In this document: piece by piece, positions 41,526-49,479 of the stretch | How the letters are laid out: every line of letters starts with the position of its first letter | Position numbering within the stretch: the first letter of the stretch is position 1 | Assembly: GCA_963807635.1 (NCBI GenBank) | Contig: CAWEDJ010000106.1 | Coordinates: 1-49,479, forward strand | Direction: 5' to 3' | DNA: 49,479 nt | Source of the DNA: an uncultured cyanobacterium | GTDB taxonomy: Bacteria; Cyanobacteriota; Cyanobacteriia; Cyanobacteriales; Microcystaceae | Notes under the pieces: generated by a model | Seen by the model: only the letters and a program-made list of their open reading frames with translations | What the model was told of the DNA's origin: nothing | Database searches by the model: none | Translations under genes and position numbers: made by a program

Positions 41526-42278
41526 ATGGACAAATCTAAAAGGCGATCGCGACTAGAATCCTTAGATAACATTATTGCCGTTGTTTTAGCAGGAGGCTTT
41601 GGCACTCGCATTAAGCACCTGCTCCCCGATGTTCCCAAACCCATGGCCGAAGTTGCGGAAAAACCCTTTTTAGGCTGGGTGTTAACTTACCTCCAACGTC
41701 AAGGTATAGAAAAAGCCTTACTTTCAACAGGTTATTTAGCCGAAATTATCGAACAATACGCCCAAACTCGGCCTATTCCTAATTTAGATTTACAATGCTA
41801 TCCCGAAACCAGCCCCCTTGGAACCGCAGGCGGTTTTCTTAATGCGGTAAAACAATCTGAACAAAATCCCAAAGCTTGGCTCGTTCTGAATGGCGATTCC
41901 CTTATTTTCACCGACTTAGCTCCTTTGAATCAATATCTAGAAGATGAAAGCGTTGACGGCGTAATTTTAGGCGTTTCTGTCCCAGAGACCTCGCGTTTTG
42001 GCTCTTTAGTTTATGATGAACAAAAGACACTTTTACAGTTTGCCGAGAAGCAATCAGGAAAAGGAGTCATCAATGGCGGCGTTTATTTATTACGAAATAA
42101 ATTAGTTCAACAATTTCCAACGAACTTTCCTCTTAGCTTTGAATACGATATTTTTCCGTCGTTACTCCAGCAACAAATCTGTTTAAAAGTTCATCCCGTG
42201 ACCGCCCCATTTTTAGACATTGGCACACCCGAATCATTAGCTCAAGCAGAATCTTTTATTCGTCAATATTTTCTTTAG
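41526..42278 (+). CDS. hddC: Nucleotidyltransferase, HddC-like (heptose-1-phosphate guanylyltransferase)
   Basis: VLAGGFGTR, PKPMA, PLGTAGG, LNGDS, INGGVY, FLDIGTPE; adjacent to an HddA-like kinase. Confidence 0.7.
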   Translation: MDKSKRRSRLESLDNIIAVVLAGGFGTRIKHLLPDVPKPMAEVAEKPFLGWVLTYLQRQGIEKALLSTGYLAEIIEQYAQTRPIPNLDLQCYPETSPLGTAGGFLNAVKQSEQNPKAWLVLNGDSLIFTDLAPLNQYLEDESVDGVILGVSVPETSRFGSLVYDEQKTLLQFAEKQSGKGVINGGVYLLRNKLVQQFPTNFPLSFEYDIFPSLLQQQICLKVHPVTAPFLDIGTPESLAQAESFIRQYFL

Positions 42279-42293
42279 TTATTTAATCAATCT

Positions 42294-43274
42294 ATGCTCA
42301 TTTCTCGCGCACCAGTCAGAATTAGTTTTTTTGGAGGGGGAACAGACTATCCAGAATATTTTCTACAACATGGCGGCTCTGTTTTAGCCACCGCGATTGA
42401 TAAATTTTCCTACGTTACGGCAAGTCCATTTTTAAGTCATTTATTTGATTACTCCGTTCGAGTTTCCTACCGAAAAGTAGAGCTAGTTAAAACGATTTCG
42501 GAAATGGAACATCGGGTTTTTCGGGAATGTTTAAAATTTTGTAATTTAGACAAAGATATTGAGTTACATAATGTGGCCGATTTACCTGCTTTTACGGGCT
42601 TAGGATCTTCTTCCGCTTTTACTGTTTCCCTTTTGCACGCTTTACATTCTTTTAAAGGAGAATTTGTCCGTCCCATTGATTTAGCCTATGAAGCAATCTA
42701 TGTGGAAAGACACTTAGTTCAAGATAAAGTGGGGTGTCAGGATCAATTAATGGCGGCGGTCGGTGGGTTTAACTTAGTTGAATTTCGCACGGAAGACGAT
42801 ATTATTGTTAATCGGGTTCCCATTTCTCCCGATCGCCTAGCGGAATTTGAAGCCCATATTTTTATCGTTTTTACAGGAATTAAACGAAAAGCGGCGAATG
42901 TGGTAGAGAAACAATTAAAAAGAGTGGCTGACAATACGGAAATCCTCAAAGAAATGCGAAAAATGGTTGATAAGGGTTGGGATATTTTAACGAGTAATCA
43001 ATCCTTAACGGCTTTTGGTGAGTTATTGCATCAAGCTTGGCTCGCCAAACGAAGTTTAGACACAGGCATTTCTAATGCAGAAATTGATGAAATTTATCGA
43101 TTAGGTATCGATGCAGGAGCATTAGGAGGAAAATTATTCGGGGCAGGTGCGGGCGGATTTATGCTATTTTTTGCACCGCCAGAGGTTCATCCCCAATTGC
43201 AATCAGTGTTTATTAATCATCAGATTTTGTCCGTAAAAATTAATGCCCCTGGTTCTCAAATTATTTTTTCTTAA
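42294..43274 (+). CDS. hddA: GHMP kinase, HddA-like (heptose-7-phosphate kinase)
   Basis: RAPVRISFFGGGTD, DLPAFTGLGSSS, GCQDQ, GGKLFGAGAGGF. Confidence 0.78.
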   Translation: MLISRAPVRISFFGGGTDYPEYFLQHGGSVLATAIDKFSYVTASPFLSHLFDYSVRVSYRKVELVKTISEMEHRVFRECLKFCNLDKDIELHNVADLPAFTGLGSSSAFTVSLLHALHSFKGEFVRPIDLAYEAIYVERHLVQDKVGCQDQLMAAVGGFNLVEFRTEDDIIVNRVPISPDRLAEFEAHIFIVFTGIKRKAANVVEKQLKRVADNTEILKEMRKMVDKGWDILTSNQSLTAFGELLHQAWLAKRSLDTGISNAEIDEIYRLGIDAGALGGKLFGAGAGGFMLFFAPPEVHPQLQSVFINHQILSVKINAPGSQIIFS

Positions 43275-43282
43275 TAACATCT

Positions 43283-44158
43283 ATGACTACTGTTAAACTT
43301 CCTTTTGTGCGATCGCTCCGTCCTAGTTTATCCCTACGATTAATGTTTATCGGATTGGGGATGACGGGAATTTTTATTTTGATCGCACTTTTTGCCCCTC
43401 TTTTGCAGGCGATCGCATTATTACAAGATCCAACGGATTTATTAAATAATTTCCCCCTAGAAGCACCCAGTTGGGGCCATTGGTTTGGCACAAATGTGCG
43501 GGGATACGATGTTTTTTCCCGTACTTTATTTGGAACCCAAGCGGCATTACAGGTCGTAATTTTGGCGACTTCTCTTTCGGTCTTTATCGGCGTTCCCCTG
43601 GGCATGATTAGTGGTTATTTGGGCGGAAAAGTCGATAAAATCCTATTATTTATCATGGATACGATTTACACTCTGCCAGGGCTGTTATTATCTATTACTC
43701 TCGCCTTTATCCTCGGTAGAGGGATTTTAAACGTCGCGATCGCCGTCAGCATTGCCTACATTCCCCAATACTATCGATTAGTCCGCAACCATACCACCAG
43801 CGTTAAAACGGAACTCTTTATCGAAGCGGCCAGGGCAATGGGAGCCAGTCCCAATCGAGTATTATCCCATTATCTTTTTGCCAACGTTATTCAAAGTGTA
43901 CCTGTGCTTTTTACCCTCAATGCCGCCGATGCGATCCTCGTATTAGGGGGTTTAGGCTTTTTGGGTTTAGGTTTACCGCAGGAAATTGCCGAATGGGGAC
44001 ACGATCTCAAAGAAGCCCTAGCCGACCTTTCGACGGGAATTTGGTGGACAACCCTTTTTCCTGGTCTTGCTTTGACAACAATGGTGGTGGGTCTATCCTT
44101 TATCGGAGAAGGACTAGGAGAAATCATTAATCCGCGATCGCGTCAGAAAAAATCCTAA
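43283..44158 (+). CDS. Peptide ABC transporter permease (DppC/OppC)
   Basis: HWFGTNVRGYDVFSR, FIEAARAMGAS (EAA loop), GLGFLGLG. Confidence 0.92.
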   Translation: MTTVKLPFVRSLRPSLSLRLMFIGLGMTGIFILIALFAPLLQAIALLQDPTDLLNNFPLEAPSWGHWFGTNVRGYDVFSRTLFGTQAALQVVILATSLSVFIGVPLGMISGYLGGKVDKILLFIMDTIYTLPGLLLSITLAFILGRGILNVAIAVSIAYIPQYYRLVRNHTTSVKTELFIEAARAMGASPNRVLSHYLFANVIQSVPVLFTLNAADAILVLGGLGFLGLGLPQEIAEWGHDLKEALADLSTGIWWTTLFPGLALTTMVVGLSFIGEGLGEIINPRSRQKKS

Positions 44159-44237
44159 CGAACTCCCCTGAAATTGTGTCGATTAAACTCTCAATTAACC
44201 GATTAAAAGTCATGACAAATAGCTTAAAATTTAGTCT

Positions 44238-44321
44238 TACAGCAAATTACGTTAAATCTTTGTAGGGACATAATACTATTATGTTCTTACCTTGCACAGG
44301 ACGTAACCACAAACTGCTGTA
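44238..44321. mobile_element. MITE-like dispersed repeat family A, copy 2
   Basis: TACAGCAAATT...GTAACCACAAACTGCTGTA; same orientation as 1783..1869. Confidence 0.7.
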
Positions 44322-44411
44322 ATCTTAATCCTTAGTGATAGTTTAATAATTTCGACCTGTGAAAAAAACGCCAACAATTACGACCTTTATTTTTCTTTTT
44401 CAATTATTACC

Positions 44412-45362
44412 ATGACAACCAAACAACCCAAATTAATTATTCACGGTGGAGCAAGTTCCCTAGAGCATAAAGGCGGCTTGGAATCAGTCCGTCAATCTCT
44501 TCATCAAATCGTTGCCGAAGTTTATGAACTCTTACTTCAAGGAAGTCCTGCCATTGATGCGGTGATTCGGGGTTGTCAATTATTAGAAGATGAACCGAGG
44601 TTTAATGCAGGAACAGGTTCGGTGGTGCAATCCGATGGACAAGTCCGCATGAGTGCTTCTTTAATGGATGGGGAAAGCCAAAACTTTAGCGGTGTTATTA
44701 ATGTTTCTAGGGTCAAAAATCCGATCCATTTAGCCCAATTTTTACAACAAGAAACAGACCGCATTTTATCAGGTTCTGGCGCGGTTGATTTAGCCAGAGA
44801 AATGCAGATTCCACCCTACGATCCCCTCACGGATTTTCGTATTCAAGAATGGATGGAAGAACGTCGGGAAAATTTTCAAAATAAAAACAGAATGGCCCGC
44901 CTCATTGCCCAGGATGATCCAGACAGTTCAGCCCGAAGAGGAACCATTGGGGTGGTTGCCCTAGACCAACAGGGTAGAATCGTGGCGGGAACTTCTACGG
45001 GGGGTAAAGGTTTAGAGCGGATCTGTCGAGTGAGTGATTCGGCTATGCCTGCGGGAAATTATGCCACCCAGCAAGCGGGAGTTAGTTGCACAGGAGTTGG
45101 AGAAGATATTATTAATGAATGTTTAGCCGCCAAAATTGTCATTCGTGTTACAGATGGTTTATCCCTGCCCGAAGCGGTAGAAAAATCTATGAAAGAAGCT
45201 AAAAGTCGTAACGGCGATCTGGCTGCTATTTCCCTAGATTACTCAGGTGCGATCGCCTGGGGTAAAACCTGCCCTATTTTATTGGGAGCCTACCACACAG
45301 GCGAAAAAATCGGCGACACATTGGAATGGAGTGAGGAGGAGTTGATGGGTTATATCGCGTAA
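44412..45362 (+). CDS. iaaA: Isoaspartyl peptidase / plant-type L-asparaginase (Ntn hydrolase)
   Basis: IIHGGA, FNAGTGS, G-TIGVVALD (nucleophile Thr), TSTGG, RVSDS, SCTGVGE. Confidence 0.9.
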   Translation: MTTKQPKLIIHGGASSLEHKGGLESVRQSLHQIVAEVYELLLQGSPAIDAVIRGCQLLEDEPRFNAGTGSVVQSDGQVRMSASLMDGESQNFSGVINVSRVKNPIHLAQFLQQETDRILSGSGAVDLAREMQIPPYDPLTDFRIQEWMEERRENFQNKNRMARLIAQDDPDSSARRGTIGVVALDQQGRIVAGTSTGGKGLERICRVSDSAMPAGNYATQQAGVSCTGVGEDIINECLAAKIVIRVTDGLSLPEAVEKSMKEAKSRNGDLAAISLDYSGAIAWGKTCPILLGAYHTGEKIGDTLEWSEEELMGYIA

Positions 45363-45375
45363 TTTTAGGAAAAAC

Positions 45376-45651
45376 CTAATAACCGACCGTTAGTAGTTGG
45401 GGCAATAGGGAAGATAGCAATTGTAAGGCTAAAATAGCTAAAATAGGCGAAAAATCCATACCACCCAAAGGAGGGATAATCGAGCGAAAAATGTTGAGGT
45501 AGGGGTCAGTGATGGGGCTTAAAACGGCCATCGCAGTATTAGCCCATTCTGCCGTTTGGAACCAGGAGAGCAAAATTCTGACGAAAAGCAACAATAAATA
45601 AATATTAATGAAATTAAGGACGGTTTGTACGACTAATCCAGCAGCTTCCAT
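45376..45651 (-). CDS. YggT/Ycf19 family membrane protein
   Basis: RILLSWF, ITDPYLNIFRSIIPPLGGMDFSPILA. Confidence 0.92.
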   Translation of the reverse strand: MEAAGLVVQTVLNFINIYLLLLFVRILLSWFQTAEWANTAMAVLSPITDPYLNIFRSIIPPLGGMDFSPILAILALQLLSSLLPQLLTVGY

Positions 45652-45710
45652 AGTGATAAACTCTTTCTTTGTAGTTAGGACAATTTTTCTTCTCATTTTA
45701 TACTAATTTT

Positions 45711-46602
45711 ATGAATATTAAAATTCGTCGCCGACCGCCTAATGCTCCCGTCAATGTGGAGTACCTCCGTTATCAGATTAAACACCCCGAAGCCGAACCT
45801 CGTCACATTTTGGAAGAAATCGTTTGGCAAAAGGAACTGGAAGTAGAAAAAAGACGAGAGTTGACCCCCCTCCTAGAATTACAAAAGGCAGTTAAGGACA
45901 GTCAACCTCCCCGCGATTTTTTAGGTGCGTTAAAAAATAGTGTTCGTCAACCCGCTTTGATTGCAGAAGTCAAAAAAGCTTCCCCCAGCAAGGGAGTGAT
46001 TTGCGAAAATTTTAATCCTGCTAAAATTGCCCAAGCCTATGAACAAGGTGGCGCAAGTTGTTTATCGGTTTTAACGGATGAAAAATTCTTTCAGGGCAGT
46101 TTTGAAAATTTAGCGATCGCGGGTCGCTCAGTAGATTTACCCCTACTTTGTAAGGAATTTATTATCTATCCCTACCAAATTTATTTAGCGCGATCCAAGG
46201 GAGCCGATGCGGTTTTATTAATTGCGGCAATTCTAGAAGATAAAGATTTACAATATTTTCTCAAAATCATTAATTTATTGGGAATGACGGCTCTGATTGA
46301 GGTTCATACTTTAGCTGAATTAGACCGAGTGTTGCGCCCTCAAAGGCGTGACCCTGATTGGCATTAATAACCGTAATCTAGAGAATTTTACCGTTGATTT
46401 AAATACCACGACCGAATTGCTCAACGCCCGCAAAGATATCTTAAAGGAACGAGATATTTTAATCGTCAGTGAATCGGGAATTCATACTCCCCAGGATTTA
46501 GCCACTGTCCGAGACGCGGGAGTAAACGCCATCTTAGTTGGTGAATCCCTAGTAAAACAAGCTGATCCAGGCCAGGCGATCGCGGATTTGTTTGGAGAAT
46601 AG
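45711..46602 (+). CDS. trpC: Indole-3-glycerol-phosphate synthase, apparent frameshift near 46337
   Basis: [53 protein letters not shown]. Confidence 0.95.
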
Positions 46603-46745
46603 GACACGCTATCTTAGATGCTAATATTAGGGATCGACTATCAAAATTTGCCTCTACAATTCAGGCTTTAAATTGAGAAGAAGGTTAGGGCCAGCCCCTA
46701 ACTTGAGTACATATCATTGGTAACGCAACCAACGGGAGGATCTAC

Positions 46746-47897
46746 GTGGACAATAAGCAAATGTTAATGATTCCTGGGCCAACCCCAGTTCCAGAAAAAG
46801 TTTTACTGGCAATGGCGAAACATCCCATCGGTCATCGCAGTGGGGAATTTAGTAAAATTATCGCGGAAATTGACTGCCAATCTCAAATGGCTCCATCAAA
46901 CCCAGAATGATGTCTTGATGCTCACCGCCAGTGGCACGGGGGCGATGGAAGCAGGAATTATTAATTTCCTCAGTCCAGGCGATCGCGTTTTGGTCGGGAA
47001 CAATGGTAAATTTGGCGAACGTTGGGGCAAAGTCGGTAAAGCCTTTGGATTAGTGGTAGAAGAAATTACCGCAGAATGGGGAAAAGCCTTGATCCTGAAG
47101 AATTTCGTGCCAAACTTGCCGCAGATACAGAAAAAACGATTAAAGCGGTCATTTTAACCCATTCAGAAACCTCTACGGGTGTTTTAAATGATCTTGCCGC
47201 CATTAATCAAGCCGTCAAAGAACATGGAGAAGCTCTAATTATTGTCGATGCTGTCACCAGTTTCGGGGCGGTTTCCATTCCCATTGACGAATTAGGGCTA
47301 GATGTGGTCGGCTCTGGTTCCCAAAAAGGATACATGATTCCCCCTGGTTTAGCCTTTGTTTCGGTCAGTGCGAAAGCGTGGAAAGCCTATGAATCGGCAA
47401 AATGTCCTCGTTTTTATTTGGATTTAAAAAAATACAAAAAAGCCACCGACGAAGACAGTTCCCCTTTACTCCCCCCATTAATTTGATGTACGGTCTGCAA
47501 GCGGCTCTCCAAATGATGCAAGCCGAAGGTCTAGAGAATATATTTGCCCGCCATCAACGCCATACCAAAGCGACCCGTGCAGCCATGAAAGCCTTAGGAT
47601 TACCTTTATTTGCCCCTGATAATGCGGCTAGTCCTGCGATTACGGCGGTGGCTCCCCTCACGGTAGATGCGGAACAAATTCGTTCTACCATGCGGAAAAA
47701 ATTTGATGTCGCTTTAGCGGGGGGACAAGATCACCTCAAAGGCAAAATCTTCCGTATTGGCCATCTGGGCTTTGTCTGCGATCGCGATATTCTCAGTTGT
47801 GTTGGGGCTTTGGAATCGACTCTACAAAGTTTAGGTTACACTGATGTTCAGCCTGGCTCAGGGATCGCGGCGGCGGCACAAAGTGTTTGCAAAATAA
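46746..47897 (+). CDS. Class V aminotransferase (alanine/serine-glyoxylate type), three or four apparent frameshifts
   Basis: GTG 46746 after GGAGGA: MDNKQMLMIPGPTPVPE; ASGTGAMEA, HSETSTG, VDAVTS, GSQKG, FRIGHLG across three ORFs. Confidence 0.88.
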
Positions 47898-47926
47898 TTT
47901 TCTATTCCATGAAAAATTGATCTTAG

Positions 47927-47947
47927 GGGCGGCGATCGCCCTTTTTT
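47927..47947 (+). terminator. Intrinsic terminator containing a HIP1 site
   Basis: GGGCG-GCGAT-CGCCC followed by TTTTTT. Confidence 0.6.
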
Positions 47948-48039
47948 ATTGCCCATGCTTTAGCCCATCAGCCTAGAATAATTTCAGATTGGGTTGAGGA
48001 CATTTTGAAGATTTATCCATAGGGAAATCAATATCCATA

Positions 48040-49079
48040 ATGCAACGTAAACCCTTTTCCGATAAAACCGTAACCCTCGCTCATGGCAGTGGTGGCAGAG
48101 CAATGCGTCATCTCATTGATGCCATTTTTATTGAAACCTTTAATAATCCTTTACTGGCTCCTCTGGAAGATCAAGCTCGTTTAGCATTATCAGATTTAGC
48201 GTCTCTCGGCGATCGCTTGGCATTGACGACCGACTCCTACGTGGTTGATCCGCTCTTTTTCCTGGGAGTGATATTGGAGCCTTGGCAGTCAATGGGACAG
48301 TGAATGATTTAGCTGTTAGTGGTGCGATTCCTCTGTATTTAACCTGTAGTGTCATTTTAGAAGAAGGTTTGCCCATCGAAACCTTGCGAAAAGTGGCCAG
48401 AAGTATGCAAGCGGCGGCAATACAGGCAGGGGTGCAAATTGTGACAGGAGACACCAAAGTTGTGCCACGAGGCGCAGCAGATAAATTATTTATTAATACC
48501 GCAGGAATTGGCGTTATTCGAGAAAATATCTCCCCTGAAGCGAGAAATATTCAGCCCGATGATGTGATTTTAATTAATGGTTACCTGGGGAATCATGGAG
48601 CCGCCATTTTTGTCGCCCGTGAAGATTTAGCTTTGACGACGACCATTGAGAGCGATTGTCAACCCTTAAACGGTTTAATCGAGGCTATTTTGCAAGTTTG
48701 TCCAGAGGTGCGGGCCATGCGGGATGCTACTCGTGGGGGATTAGCGACAGTCTTAAATGAATTTGCCCAAACTGCGGGGGTGGGAATTCGCATTCAGGAA
48801 GACGTTTTGCCGATTCAAGAGGAAGTCGCGGGTTTATGTGAATTATTGGGATTAGATCCTCTTTATCTAGCCAATGAAGGAAAATTAGTGGTCGTCGTTC
48901 CGCGATCGCGAGCAGAAATTGTTTTACAAACTATGCAAAATCATCCTTTGGGAAAAGAAAGTCAGATTATTGGAGAAGCGATCGCCCATCCGCCTGGGAT
49001 AGTTTTACTGAAAACCCCCTTTGGCACGGAGCGAATTTTAGATATGCTTTCTGGGGATCAATTACCCCGAATTTGTTGA
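48040..49079 (+). CDS. hypE: Hydrogenase maturation carbamoyl dehydratase HypE, apparent frameshift near 48260
   Basis: LAHGSGG, TTDSYVVDPLFF, GTVNDLA, GDTKVV, RDATRGG, ANEG, terminal LPRIC. Confidence 0.95.
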
Positions 49080-49146
49080 GACACAAGAAAGGTAGGCGAT
49101 TGTGTTAAACCATACCTACCCCAGAACAAGAATTCATTCAATCAAA

Positions 49147-49479
49147 TTATTTAGCAACAACAATAACAGGAAGACCAGGCGTAACTACTTCAAATAAAAC
49201 CTTAACATCTTCATTTCTCATCCGCACACATCCATGAGAAGCGGCTGTTCCCAAACTCTTTACGGTGGGGGTTCCGTGAAAGCCGATGGTATTTTTTCCA
49301 TCAGTCCAAAAACCAATCCAGCGTTCACCAATGGGGGCCATTGGGGCCAGAAGGAACAATTTTACCGTTCCAAGGATTTTGCCAAACGGGATCTCGCACC
49401 ATCTGGATCACTTTAAAATTCCCCGTCGGCGTTTCCCAACCTTTTTTGCCGATCGCGACAGGATAACACTAGAAACGGC
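49147..49479 (-). CDS. L,D-transpeptidase (YkuD), 5' truncated, apparent frameshift near 49335
   Basis: YPVAIGKKGWETPTGNF upstream; IGFHGT...SHGCVRM catalytic motif. Confidence 0.9.

Overview
Chromosomal segment of a unicellular cyanobacterium (Synechocystis/Microcystis-like gene content; the HIP1 octamer GCGATCGC occurs about once per kb by eye). Most of it is housekeeping: ycf37, S1-domain protein, MlaD, rbp, desA, pedR, the rsfS cluster, rpmH-rnpA-yidC-jag, eno, trpC, hypE. Envelope and accessory genes include an RTX tail, a PEP-CTERM protein facing a WecB/TagA/CpsF glycosyltransferase, an alpha-2-macroglobulin lacking the thioester motif, an hddC-hddA-like heptose pair, two Uma2 genes and an AT-rich putative type II restriction-modification pair. 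About 15 genes, including eno and trpC, carry single-base frameshifts, often at homopolymers. This most likely reflects sequencing or assembly error, so they are given as whole genes. Non-coding signal: two TA-ended MITE-like families (two copies each) wrapped around palindromic cores, several GTAG-type REP palindromes (one doublet shows compensatory base changes), a 7x11-bp phased array in a 1.1-kb intergenic region before the PEP-CTERM gene, and candidate NtcA, RpaB (HLR1) and rbp-leader motifs. I saw no rRNA, tRNA, CRISPR array or transposase. No clearly new multi-gene system is demonstrable from the sequence alone. The best leads are the PEP-CTERM upstream region, the nested repeat elements and the R-M cassette.
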